DNA from: Cyanidioschyzon merolae
Lineage: Eukaryota
Strand: one strand, 5' to 3'
NCBI GenBank assembly: GCA_000091205.1
Contig: AP006494.2
DNA length: 64,000 nucleotides
Positions within the stretch are counted from its first letter, which is position 1. Each line of letters starts with the position of its first letter. The position numbers were made by a program, and so were the translations under genes. This document shows positions 53,246 to 64,000 of this stretch, one piece after another. A model generated the notes under the pieces. It saw only the letters and a program-made list of their open reading frames with translations, did not search any database and was not told the origin of the DNA.

Positions 53246-56200
53246 GGCGTCAATGAATGCCCTTTGGCTGTATTATCCATAGCGCTCCAGGCATGACCCT
53301 GCGTCGAGGTATCGGCTATGGAAATTGTAATGCGTATTGGTGCTCGTTGCTGGATCCTGGAAACACGGGCGCTGGACAGGCTTCGTGCGAAAGAGTGGTG
53401 CAATGTGACAGCGATCCGCTAGGCGCCCTCATGACAGTCACAGCCTAGCTGGAGGTGATTCTCGGGATTTTCGAATTGTGTCTCTGTTGATCGTTGCATC
53501 GCTGCTGTCGGCGCCCATCCGATTATGCCTTGCGTATCCTGATTCGTATGATGTATTCGTGTGGACGCCTGTGCTCGTCGCGAGCTGAGCAATAGCACCT
53601 ACCCTGGTTTTTTTTTGAATCTGAGCAGGCAACTGAACCGCTTCATCGTGTTCAATGGAGGTCCCAGCAGTGCAGCTCTATTCGAGATGCACCGCAGAGA
53701 ATGGGCAACGCTCGCCGCATTCCGGTTTACACCACGTAGTTGCTGCAAATGGAAACCCAGGAATGTCTAGCGCTCTCGAATTCCAAACAACAAACACCCT
53801 GGTGGAGCGCAGGGCATCGCTACCCAGTATGCGTTCGAATCCTTGGGATTGATGCTCGATGCATCCTCTGTTTGATGAACGCGCCACTGAACGTGACGTA
53901 TACCTGATTAGATGCCCATGCTCGTATGCGTTTGGTTGGCCTTGGAAGAAACGAATCCAGATTGCAAGCCCGCGAACGAGATTACCAGATGCTGTTGAGA
54001 CTCGTCGTGTACAGTACGCAATGGAGCCTGAGCGAAACGGAACTGGCGAAACTGCCGCCCAGGCGGTGCGGAGACTTGTAGCGCCTTCGCCTTGCGCGAC
54101 ATTCTGGCGCCGGGCTCTGTGCATCTTTACGTAGGATAGCAGTGACGAGCCAGCCTGGATGGTCGAAGCGGTTACCCTTGTCTATGCAGCAACGCTAGTC
54201 AGTAAGCAACCAGCCTCCGAACAGCACGTTGAAGCAAATGCTGGTGCAAACCGAGCACGCTACTCGCTATTCGCTGGACACGATGCATGTATCAATCCAG
54301 AGGCAGCTTGACATCAGTAGGAACCCTCTAGGACAGGGCATAACAGTGGCCCTGGTATTCGGTGCTCGCGAGCAATAGCACTGCCCTGCAAAGCGACGTA
54401 TATGATGAATACGTTATCTTCTTGGCGTCCGTAGACGCGTGCACCGTCTGCTGTCCCGTCAGCGGGTTAGCATACGCAGTGCACCTGCGCAGTGCTCCCT
54501 GATCCAAGGACTCGTTTTCTTGGGGAAAGCTCTCCACAGACCTCGACCTCGTCTCGAATAAGCTCGTTGAAGAAGAGTCTGTACTCCTGGCCGAGTGCAC
54601 CAGCGTGTAGAGCAAATTCCACGCGGGCGTCGTTCGCCACTCCAGGTCGCAGAGTGAGAGAAGGGATCAAAGCTCTTTGATCTTAATGTGGTGCGGCAGA
54701 ACTTGAACATCCGGGTCTTTATTAAAGGTAGCGTTCGCAGCTGCTGCCGCTGTTTCTTGAAAATGCCGAGTCCGGTGATGCTGGAAGCGAGCCTGCTCTT
54801 CGCAGTACAGCGGTATCAGACGAACACGTACCTTTGAATTGGTCGCTCTGCTTCTTATTTCGGGGTTTTCCGAAATTTTTTAGACTCACAGCCTCAACGT
54901 TAGAACTGCAGAAATAAAAATGGTTTGCGTTCTCATCCGTACTGGTTTTGGATTCTCGATCGTCTTTTAGGAGTGCCGCCTTGGACTCTTTCCCGCTAGA
55001 TTTCGTTCTGTTATCGAAGTCTAACTTATTCGCTAGGCAGTTGAACAACAATTTTTTTCAAAATGAGAGATATCAATCGTAAATTCATACGTAGAAAACT
55101 CCACTCTTCTCCTCTCTTGACATCTACTATGTTCAAATAAGGCAGCCTTCAACCTTTCTATCAACGCAAGTTGCAGGCGCAGCAATGCACGCCGCATCTT
55201 AGACGACGTCGTCCCTTTAGGACGCGATCGCAAGCTCAGGTCGAAATTTCACTGAACTTGCTACGTAAAATAACCGATTTCGGTAGAGAAACAACTCCTC
55301 ATTTCGTAGTGGCCACTGACAAGAAAAGATTCGACAGCACCACGATATCGCTCATGGGATATGCTTAGGGGGGATCCCGTCACTTCGATTCTGGTTTGCG
55401 TGAGAACGGGTCTCAGACTTGAACTACAATCATCGCAGCGATCGCGCCTAGTGGAGCGTGCGTGATCGCTTTGCAGGAAGGGAGCGTAGACTTAGCGAAC
55501 TTGCTCTGCGTCTTTGTCAGCGAGAATTTTCCTGTAGGTACTTGGTCCATTACGGACAACATCGCGTTCCAACAATGATTTATCGAGTGAAACAGCAAGC
55601 GCTTGCGTTTGCCGCGCACAGCATACTTGCCCAGAAGACCGCCTCAAAGATGTCTGGAGTTGTCGGGCACGGCACTGGGTGCGATAGCGGAGCGAGGCAT
55701 CAAGGAGCGCCTCCTTCATTCATGAAGGACATGTACCCAGCGTTGTAGGAAACCGTCCGGGGCCATAAGGCGAAGCTTGAAGCATTGCGAAGTTCGGTGG
55801 ATATATGGAAACACCTGAATACAGCCATATATCATCGCTACAAAGGCACACTGAGGCTAGATACAAAGAGGAAGATACTGGCAAGCAGAGCCTAGACCGC
55901 AACTCCCGCCTGTACACGAAATGCGTAAACAACTACCGGAAATAGCGGAATCTGTATACTAATGCTGCCATCTACATCCTCCGACTACGACCAACGGAGC
56001 TCGAGTCAAGGAAGCGACCGGCTCATTTAAAGCCCCCGATAAGGGAGAGAAAGTGGACCCTGCTGCGGAGAACACCCGAAAAAGTCAGAGACTGATGGCG
56101 CATGACGCATGTAACTGGGACAAATCGCACCTGCGTTGTGATGCGCACACAACGCACCTCGCGCTCCGCACAGCATGCCGTATTCTGTATCGTATCTGTG

Positions 56201-56394
56201 TTGCGGAAAGGACGGGTGAGCGTTGTTTGTTTGTTTGGTTGTTCGTTCGCGGTACTCAGCGGGTGTACGGCAACGCTTGTCGACAACACTTCAACTAGTC
56301 CTGTTTGTCGAGTGTATAAGAAAAAGTTAGTGCCCGACAAGGTGCGCTGCTCGTGTGAAGAAGTGCTGTCAGTGGGGAGACCTGGTGGCTGCCC

Positions 56395-56426
56395 ACACCA
56401 CCACCACCACCACCACCACCACCACG
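56395..56426. repeat. (CAC)10 microsatellite
   Basis: caccaccaccaccaccaccaccaccaccacgc. Confidence 0.85.
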
Positions 56427-56537
56427 CAGGTTAACGGTGGCGCGACGTTCACGGGGAGCGAGTCCCTTTCAGGTACCGGTGTTGGTTCTAACGTGGTCAC
56501 TGCACGACGAGAAGCATACAGATACAGTAATCGATAG

Positions 56538-58181
56538 TTGTTCACTCAGGATACAAGGGTCTGTTCCGAGCGCATGTTCGGGCGTCAGCGGCTCCTGCTG
56601 TGGGCGTATGCTCATTCGCCGTCTAACGGAAAGCACGCGCGCGGACGTTCCGAGTCCCAGCTCTGTCCGTCCAGTTCTCCAGAGGTTCGGGCTATCCGTA
56701 GTCGGTTTTTGGGTTGCTCACGAAGTGCGCACAGCTGGCTATCAACGAAACTAGTTAGGCAGCGGCAGCGGTGGCGTCCAGGCCTCACTGAACTTTCAGC
56801 CTCGTCGACCGCGGATGCAAGCGATAACTCCAGACGACCTCGTGGATCCGGACGCCTGATACGTAGACTAGCACTCATATCAGATGTGCATATCTTCGAT
56901 CCTGAGGGTATCGGACAGGAATCGGTCACGAACTTTATGAACTTACGCTTACTGGGCCTGCTGAACATTTGGCTGCTGCGTGGACCTGAGCGCTTCTCCG
57001 AGCGCATTCTGCGCGCAGCACTGCGGGATATGCAAGAACATATGCATGTAGACCATTTAATCCTAGCGGGCGATATCACGAATCTCTCGCTGGAGTGTGA
57101 GTTCTCTCGCGCTGCCGGCGCTTTTGCGCACTTCGCCGCTAACGATCCGCAGCGAATAACTGCAGTGCCGGGAAATCACGACCTCTACAACAATTTCGAG
57201 GCACTGCGACGCCCGACACTCTTCTCGAAATACTTTGGGCAGTATGCGCGGAGCGATGTTCCCCGACCATCGTACGCGTGGAATCTGGTAAACGGGATGA
57301 GCGGTCGTTCACAAGGCCTTCTGCGGCGGCTCTATGGCGAGCGCAAGATGATGAAACAACGCGCTCGCTTGGCGAGGCTCGGAGAGCCACTGTGGGACGG
57401 CGGACGCCTGTCTACGGCGGTCCTGGAGGAACCCACGGATGTAGATGTTCCTCAGCAAACGACCAGGTTTACGCCAAGTGATACAACACCATCGTCTACG
57501 ACTGAGCAAAATGCAGATAACAAGGGGGGCGAGTTCCCATTCATCCAGCTTCGAGGCGATGTTCTTTTCATTGGGTTGAACACCGCGCTTCCGGGTACTG
57601 CACAAGGTGAAGTAGGTGCGTCACAATGGAAGCTGTTGCGCACCATGATGGATTCACCTCTAGGCAGAAAGCTGCGTGACCGGGCACAACTACGGGTGAT
57701 GGTTCTGCACCATCCGGCACAGGACCCAGATGTTCGTGGGTTGCCCCTCATTCGTGACATCGGTCATGATTTGAAGGATTGGGCGGAAATCCCGCCAATA
57801 GCGAAAGCGTACAATATTGATCTCGTGGTCCATGGTCATAACCACGTGCCGTACATCGGATGGCTGAAGGATGCACCGAACACCCTCGTGCTGGAGGGCG
57901 GCTCTGGCACCCTCATTGACCTGAAGCATCCCGAACGCATGGCTCGTTACACGGTTTTCGAGCTGGACGAGACGGGACGCATCGCACGAATTGTGGCGCG
58001 GGTCTGGAACCACGCCTACTATGATAGCATATGCAGTCTGCTGGGTCGCCCTGAGCCGCTACCATGCGATGTTTTCCGCACCGTGGAGATCGCGATCCCG
58101 AGTCACTGGAACCTCGAACGCTGGGACACGTCGCGACCACAGCCTCGAAAACGCACCCTATTCCGCGGCTTGCCGCTCTAG
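56538..58181 (+). CDS. Calcineurin-like metallophosphoesterase (the true start may be downstream)
   Basis: ISDVHIFDPEG..., LILAGDITNLS, VPGNHDLYNN, VLHHP, VVHGHNHVPY are the metallophosphoesterase motif series (D-x-H, GD-x-x-D, GNH[D/E], H, GH-x-H). Confidence 0.65.
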   Translation: MFTQDTRVCSERMFGRQRLLLWAYAHSPSNGKHARGRSESQLCPSSSPEVRAIRSRFLGCSRSAHSWLSTKLVRQRQRWRPGLTELSASSTADASDNSRRPRGSGRLIRRLALISDVHIFDPEGIGQESVTNFMNLRLLGLLNIWLLRGPERFSERILRAALRDMQEHMHVDHLILAGDITNLSLECEFSRAAGAFAHFAANDPQRITAVPGNHDLYNNFEALRRPTLFSKYFGQYARSDVPRPSYAWNLVNGMSGRSQGLLRRLYGERKMMKQRARLARLGEPLWDGGRLSTAVLEEPTDVDVPQQTTRFTPSDTTPSSTTEQNADNKGGEFPFIQLRGDVLFIGLNTALPGTAQGEVGASQWKLLRTMMDSPLGRKLRDRAQLRVMVLHHPAQDPDVRGLPLIRDIGHDLKDWAEIPPIAKAYNIDLVVHGHNHVPYIGWLKDAPNTLVLEGGSGTLIDLKHPERMARYTVFELDETGRIARIVARVWNHAYYDSICSLLGRPEPLPCDVFRTVEIAIPSHWNLERWDTSRPQPRKRTLFRGLPL

Positions 58182-58986
58182 TCCATTACGATGGAAACTC
58201 GTGCAGGGAGGGAGCTTTTTGGTGAACGATGCAATAGCGAGGCACTTGCTTGGCTTGCCGCCCTGGTCCATTTCGAAGCAAACGAGCGCGCGTAAGGAGC
58301 GTCTCTTGAACGGTGCAATGGCAAAGACCTTTTTTGCTGGTTTGAAGAGTTATCCGAAACCGTGCTGCGCACCTGGAGAGAATCCCAGGACAACCATACG
58401 CATTGCTGTCGAGGCACAGTGAACTTGTTCACGAGTGTTTCTATGGCGAACGCGATGACGCGCAACCCGATTAATCAGCAGCACGGCATTCGGAGTGGGG
58501 TCCCAGAAGATTCAATGGAAGCGTCTGGGCTCCTTTGGAGAAACGATGTACCCGTGGCACCTTTGAGAACTTTGTGCATCCGTGGTCGGAAAACGCAGGC
58601 GCGAAATCCTGTTATGTACATTTGTGAATCGATAAAGTGGGAGGGATACGGCATTGTAACGCCAAGTTCATGTTCTGGGATCGCAGCGATACACCAAATC
58701 GCTTTTGTTGACGTATTCTGTCTAGAGCACCGTCGGCTTCCAGTGTCCACTACAGAAAGGCGCATGCGCACCTGTTGATGGCACCTTGTCCAGACTATCG
58801 TTATCGACTTGGCATCCGCCGGGTATGCTACTGGATTCTGTGCCATGCGCTTCGGAAAGGTCCGCGTTTTCCCGTCATCCACGCTCTAGGCGGCATTTTT
58901 CGGAAATGTTCAGAGCACCGCACAGCAGTGCAACCGCACGCATCCCTGGAACGAATTCATGAGGTCAATTTGCATCCATGGGTATC

Positions 58987-60360
58987 CTACATTCCCGTGC
59001 GAATCCAGCTGAGCGCACTCGGTTGCACTAGCCCAAAGAGGGCTCTCCTCGAGGCCCTAGTTCGAAAGACCTCTTCCGGATACCAGACTCCACTCTCGTA
59101 TGGTACATCAACACCGAGTCTATCGGGAAAGAGCCGCGCTAACGAGAACGCTGCAGTGCACTCACCAACAGCGTCCGTCAGACGGTCATGTACGTAGAGA
59201 AAATGGGTACGCGACGCCGGCCCCGATACGACATCCTGGTACCAACAGTCGACGCGTACAGCAGTGCGTGCCCCGACCAGCATATCTACCAGGCGTACGA
59301 GCGGCAGGCTTGCCACAGTGATTCCAGTCATTCGCTTCCGGAGAATTTCCGGTCGCAGGTAACGAGCCATGCACCACATGAGTCCGTTCCACAATGCGGG
59401 AGCGGTCCCGAATCGAGCCTCCACGTGCCCAACTCCGTGCACTATATGCGCAGAGCGCACCTCCGGCAAGTTCAACAGGTAGGCTGTGCGATGACCTCCG
59501 CATGCCGGGCCAAAGTCAATGCGCTGGGGATCGCTGAATGCGGGTCTCCAGCGAATCTCACCGTTTTCAACAGTGTACACCGGCTCTGCCAGCAACAGGT
59601 AGGTCGCACTGAGAATCGTGGCACCGGCACCACCAGAGCCAGCAGTGAAGTACGAGAATGCTATGCCGAATTTACTTGGAGCGGCTCGTTCTCCCAGTAG
59701 GTCGGTCATTTGGTCGAGCAAGTCTGCTGCCATGAGATTGCTCACACCCGGATAGATACCCGTACTTATCCAAGCACTGATCTTCGACTGCTTCGCCGCA
59801 GACGCGTAGCGCTTGCGGCACCATTCGGCATGATGCATATCGTCCGCCACATCCTGGTAGGCGACTCCAGCCCGGATACACGCGTCTAGGAGACGGCCAG
59901 CCTTTTCCTCGCGATTCTGGAACGGGCCTGCTGTGTGGATAACCAGGTCGTATGGACGGAGTATCTCTACCAGGGTCTCAGGGCGATATTCGGACCAGTC
60001 AAGCTGGACGTGGTCCTGGACCGCGGAGCGCTCCACATCCGATGCGAGACGCTGCCGAAGACGCTGGGCAGCCGCCTGTCCACGCTCGCGGTCACGGCTG
60101 CCGAGGTCGATGCGCACGCTCGGTGCTACACCGAGCTGGTACGCTTTCTTCACAAGGTGCTCGGTAACAGCGCTGCCAACACGCCCACTGCCACCAACTA
60201 CAAGAATTCGATGAGAAGCGGCTGACGAAAGCACGGTTAGGACTGCCGGTCGTGATTGCCGTTCCCGACGAAGGCGTCCACTGCGTGCTCGGCGCTGGAC
60301 TCCCTGAGTGCGTTGCAGGCACGCCATCCGAAAACCTGGGGCTTTCTGGGCAAGGAACAT
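58987..60360 (-). CDS. Saccharopine-dehydrogenase-like NAD(P)-binding oxidoreductase
   Basis: Rossmann ILVVGGSGRVGSAVTEHLVKK near the N-terminus. Overall layout resembles Sccpdh-family proteins. Family-level call only. Confidence 0.6.
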   Translation of the reverse strand: MFLAQKAPGFRMACLQRTQGVQRRARSGRLRRERQSRPAVLTVLSSAASHRILVVGGSGRVGSAVTEHLVKKAYQLGVAPSVRIDLGSRDRERGQAAAQRLRQRLASDVERSAVQDHVQLDWSEYRPETLVEILRPYDLVIHTAGPFQNREEKAGRLLDACIRAGVAYQDVADDMHHAEWCRKRYASAAKQSKISAWISTGIYPGVSNLMAADLLDQMTDLLGERAAPSKFGIAFSYFTAGSGGAGATILSATYLLLAEPVYTVENGEIRWRPAFSDPQRIDFGPACGGHRTAYLLNLPEVRSAHIVHGVGHVEARFGTAPALWNGLMWCMARYLRPEILRKRMTGITVASLPLVRLVDMLVGARTAVRVDCWYQDVVSGPASRTHFLYVHDRLTDAVGECTAAFSLARLFPDRLGVDVPYESGVWYPEEVFRTRASRRALFGLVQPSALSWIRTGM

Positions 60361-60519
60361 AGCGTGCTGCTATACAGAAATCTTTCCTACTGAATCCAGC
60401 CCTGCTGCCTGGTACCTCCTTGATCAGGCACCTTGCTTGTCCAGACCAGAGCCAGTATTGCACGTGGAGAAGCGCCGCTGCCTGCGCATGAGCGGCAGCG
60501 TGTCACCGGGATCAAGAGT

Positions 60520-61640
60520 CGCATTGGGGAAGTTGTCGTATTTCACTTTTGTACCAGCCCCGCTGCTGGGGTGTATAGAACGAGATCGAAATCACGATGC
60601 AAAGTATCGTAGAGATCGTGGATGAACTGCGTGTGGAGTACATGATCTTTACTGAACAGTACATGGAGGGCTGCATTCTTCCTCCAGATCAGTCATAGTA
60701 CAGTACGCACGTAGTTTGGGAACAATGAAAAAAAAGTAGATGCGCTCTGCGCCAAAACCGATATGCTCAAAGCGCCCATGCGGTCAATGGTAGAAAATGA
60801 CGTGTTGGTCATCTTACGGAAAGCAAAATGAGAAGATCATAGCCACCACGGGCGTCTCTGTTTCTCAATAGCTTGTTGATGTGCTCCTGAAATCACTGGG
60901 GTACAGTCACAAACAAATTCTAGGTCACGGACGGTTACGTTCCACCGATATTGCCCCTGGGGAGTTCCTGGAACGTCGCGGTCGCTATGAAGCAGAGGGA
61001 CGTTGGTTTTATTTTCCAGTAGATGAGACTTTCTTTGGACGAAACGGTCCGAGCGTATCTAAGCATTCGAGGTGAGAGGAGCCAACGGTACCGACCATGG
61101 AACTCGTAGAGAACGACGACATCGTCATCTATCCTAACTGGAGTGGATTCATTTTTGGTGGTCTTATTTCCGCTCGTAGAGAAGACGCATACAACAGCAT
61201 TCACTTCTGCGAACCATTACAGACATTTCTGCTAAGGTCTGGTGACTTCCCTCTATAGGACAATGTAGTATTTCACCGTTTAGCATATGTTCAAGCGTAT
61301 GCGGATTCTATCGGGATAGAGCGACTTTTCACTCTTCCGTATTCGCCATGGTTCAACCGCACCAAAGCATGGTCGAGATGGTGCGAAGCCTGCGGAGTGC
61401 TTCGGCGATACAAAAGCACGGAGAGCTGACACACCAGCATATGGCAGAGAGAGTTCGAGGAATCCTCGATATGATGAGTTCATTCAGAGGCAATAAACGC
61501 ATGGAATCGGTGAACCGAGACTCCGGTGCTGGTATTCATACCAGACCATGTGCGGTGCTCCAGAAAAGACCTGAGGAGCTGACGCAAGTCCGCTTGTGCG
61601 GCAGCCTCTCAGACCCGAAACACCCAAGGAGAAGCTGAGA
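60520..61640 (+). mobile_element. Composite dispersed repeat, copy C, ending in the Fanzor-like 3' tail (61470..61600)
   Basis: Collinear with copy A from about 60520. Contains ...WFYFPVDETFFGRNG... The tail translates ...GNKRMESVNRDSGAGIHTRPCAVLQKRPEELTQ. Confidence 0.5.
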
Positions 61641-62239
61641 CCGGTGGCGCGGGGCCGGATAAAAAACGTCCGGAGGCACCTCTGGGTGGATATTAATGTA
61701 CCCGACATGGTAGGCAGACATTTTTTGTTTCATTCACGACGTATGCGTGTGTACGATCGGATTCATCGACCTGTCCGTTTCTCTAACTTCAACCTATTCG
61801 GCGCAGCGTTTCAGCTCGTGCGAAACAAGCACTCCAACAATGACCGTATACATATTCTTCGCTATGCTTCTTATCCCTAAATCCATTTTGTCATCAGCAT
61901 ATGCAACAGTTGCATTGAAAAATAGGTTTCCTGGAAACAAATCGTCGATGAACGACGCGCTCACCAGTCGCTGCACATGGGGTTCCGCCTGCGTGCCTGC
62001 CGCACCAGGGCGATCTCGCCGCCCGCGGGATCTCGGAAGCATGCGTGCGCGGATCGCATGCGTGCGCGGATCGCATCCATGCAGCGCATGTTCGCCGCCG
62101 TTCATTCGATCGCCAGCGGTGTCGAGAAGCCCTCATGCGTGTGCGTGCGCGCATGCATGCATGCGCTTCTGGAAGCTCGTCTGCGTGAAGCGTTCGTTAT
62201 CTTCTACAGCGAGGACTGGGGCTGCTCGAGTTTGCTTTG

Positions 62240-64000
62240 ATGGCTAGTGCGGCTGGAAAGAATCAACGAGCCCCTCATTCTTTAGGTAGAGCAGAGGTAG
62301 TTCCTGTAACTGGCACGGCCGGTCGTGTTCCCGTGCCGCAACCTGGACAGGATGCGAGACCGCCTGTAGAGCACCGTGACTCCCCGGCGCGTTACCCCTG
62401 GGTCGGGCCTGCATCGCGTCCCGCTGCTGGGGGTCGTATGGCGCAAGCGGCACAACCACCAAAGCCTAATATGGACCTCTGCCGCGAGGCACTTCAGCTT
62501 CGTATTCTGCGGTCGCACGTGGCGCTCTGCAGTGGCTGGGTCGAGGCTAAGAAAAGTTCGGAGCCTGTTCCGGTGCCTACACGCCCGTTACCGCGGGATT
62601 CATCGGGTTCGCTTTCAGTGACTTCGGCGGTGAGTGAGCGAACTCCCTCACAGGGAGACGACGAGAAGGTAGATAGACACAAGTTACGACGCGAGTTTTC
62701 ATCTCCAGATCTGGGTGAGTTCAATAACCTCTCAGTTGAACAGCGGAGTGTGCCTCATCGACCACTGCTTCCCGAGTTTGCACACGCGGGGAGCAGAAAG
62801 CTGCAAAGCGCGCGACAGCAAGGAGACTCCGGCGGGGTAGCGATAGCGTCCGTACAATCGTCAACGTCGGACGGCTCGCAGGCGAGCGTCGATGCAGCGA
62901 GCCACTCGGAGCAGGAAGCATCCCCGAGCCCAGCAGAGCGTCGACCGCATGAATTCGACCATACGCAGCGGGACCAAGCCATAACAAAAACATCAAAAAA
63001 TGAGACTTCTCGGCAAGCGGTTTCCAAAATGGGCACCAAGCCCGCTGCGTCAACGGGTCGCGGGGGGACCCCGCCAGCACCCTCGCACAGGGAGAAGGGT
63101 GCCGAACGGGACAAAGGCCGCGTAGCAAAGACGTTTTCCAAACTGCTGATCCCGCGGAAATTGTCGCTGGAATCACTTGCGAAGAAGATGACCTTTGGTC
63201 TGGTACGAAAGAAACCTCAGCGTGAGCCGTGGCAACTGCTTTGGGCTGAGGTTCGTGCCGGTTTGCTCATCTTCTACCAGTGCGATAAGGCAAAATCACG
63301 AGGAATGCCCTGTCCATATGCCATTGTTCCTCTGCTTGGATGTACAGTTTACAGTCGAACGGTGGATCTGTGCCGCTCAGAAAAGGAGCAGGGTGCCTGT
63401 GCGATTACATATCAGGCCGGTGCAGGCGTTTCGAGTTCCTCTGGTACAGATTCGTCTGTGGCGAGTGAATGCCCATGCAGATCCGCATATGATGCGGTCT
63501 CCCAGTACTATGCTCGAGCCGGAAAATCCGGCCAATCTGGTAATGATACGAACGACGATGGGCCGCTCGTTCTCCAGTTGGAGCCGAATTCCGAATTTCT
63601 CCATCGATCGAACGAAACCTCGCACAATCCCCAATTCCGTTCCATTCGAATGCGATTCCAGACCGTGGAGGAGCTCTTCCACTGGCATCATGTGCTCTCT
63701 CTATATTCGTCACATCGCGTGGTCACACGTGCAGACTTTGATCTCATTTGCCTGTTAGGACGGGGTGCGTTCGGACGGGTCGCCCTCGCTCGAGACCTTC
63801 ACGGCTCGGGAGCGTTAGTCAGCATTAAGTTTATCGACAAACGCATGATTTTTAGCAGCCGCGACAAACTGCGGCGTATGGTGGATGAGCGCCTCATCCT
63901 CCAAGCTGTCACAGGGAAACCGTATTTTGTCCGACTTTTGTACGCTTTTGAAACTGGCGACTCGCTTTGCATGGTCAATGATTTTTGCGAGGGAGGTGAC
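62240..64000 (+). CDS. AGC-family Ser/Thr protein kinase with N-terminal low-complexity region and PH-like domain; 3'-partial (runs off the window)
   Basis: Frame not in the ORF track because no stop falls inside the window. Hand translation gives MASAAGKNQRAPHS...PWQLLWAEVRAGLLIFYQCDK... (PH-like), then FDLICLLGRGAFGRVALARD...VSIKFIDKRMIFSSRDKLRRMVDERLILQAV...YFVRLLYAFETGDSLCMVNDFCEGGD (kinase subdomains I-V). Upstream in-frame TGA at about 62186. Confidence 0.75.
   Translation, partial: MASAAGKNQRAPHSLGRAEVVPVTGTAGRVPVPQPGQDARPPVEHRDSPARYPWVGPASRPAAGGRMAQAAQPPKPNMDLCREALQLRILRSHVALCSGWVEAKKSSEPVPVPTRPLPRDSSGSLSVTSAVSERTPSQGDDEKVDRHKLRREFSSPDLGEFNNLSVEQRSVPHRPLLPEFAHAGSRKLQSARQQGDSGGVAIASVQSSTSDGSQASVDAASHSEQEASPSPAERRPHEFDHTQRDQAITKTSKNETSRQAVSKMGTKPAASTGRGGTPPAPSHREKGAERDKGRVAKTFSKLLIPRKLSLESLAKKMTFGLVRKKPQREPWQLLWAEVRAGLLIFYQCDKAKSRGMPCPYAIVPLLGCTVYSRTVDLCRSEKEQGACAITYQAGAGVSSSSGTDSSVASECPCRSAYDAVSQYYARAGKSGQSGNDTNDDGPLVLQLEPNSEFLHRSNETSHNPQFRSIRMRFQTVEELFHWHHVLSLYSSHRVVTRADFDLICLLGRGAFGRVALARDLHGSGALVSIKFIDKRMIFSSRDKLRRMVDERLILQAVTGKPYFVRLLYAFETGDSLCMVNDFCEGGD

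Overview
The window is GC-rich (~58%), apparently intron-poor eukaryotic nuclear DNA. By gene content it is probably a protist or stramenopile-like genome, but I cannot name the organism. It contains about 20 housekeeping genes, each a single uninterrupted ORF, interleaved with decayed transposable elements.

Confident gene calls, by similarity recognised by eye: prephenate dehydratase, mitochondrial Hsp70, FAD glycerol-3-phosphate dehydrogenase, biotin synthase, Nudix hydrolase, a RING E3 ligase, ornithine carbamoyltransferase, a WD40 DCAF-like protein, NatB catalytic subunit Naa20, a cyclin, a MAEA/GID-type ligase subunit, Rab GDP-dissociation inhibitor, an LRR protein, a KAPA-synthase-like aminotransferase, a metallophosphoesterase, a saccharopine-dehydrogenase-like oxidoreductase, and a partial PH-domain AGC kinase that runs off the window end.

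The main hunt result is a family of TnpB/Fanzor-like RuvC-nuclease elements.
- Two elements of roughly 2.5-2.8 kb are present (about 10045-12842 and 40577-43120, both + strand).
- Each has a recognisable RuvC-I motif (GADPGNTNI), a degenerate zinc-finger-position motif (VDEFRTSY..C), and a RuvC-III motif (NRDFNAAINI). Each copy carries stops or frameshifts the other lacks (in-frame stops in copy 1; an in-frame stop and frame changes in copy 2).
- Copy 1 has an expansion of about four 75-bp acidic tandem units inserted just upstream of RuvC-I.
- The 3' tail of the element (about 200-250 bp, covering the RuvC-III coding end plus about 60 codons) recurs four more times as solo fragments, giving six copies in 64 kb. 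Three of those sit inside a roughly 1.2-1.5 kb composite dispersed repeat (copies A, B, C).
- This over-representation at nucleotide level is what a guide-RNA scaffold or right-end module would look like; that reading is inference.

A degenerate LINE-like retroelement (reverse transcriptase, CCHC-like knuckle, A-rich tail) sits between a solo tail and Fanzor-like copy 1. Together they form a nested TE cluster whose last element reads through in-frame into the G3PDH gene. All coordinates derived by hand-counting may be off by 1-2 nt; the ORF-track coordinates were trusted where available.
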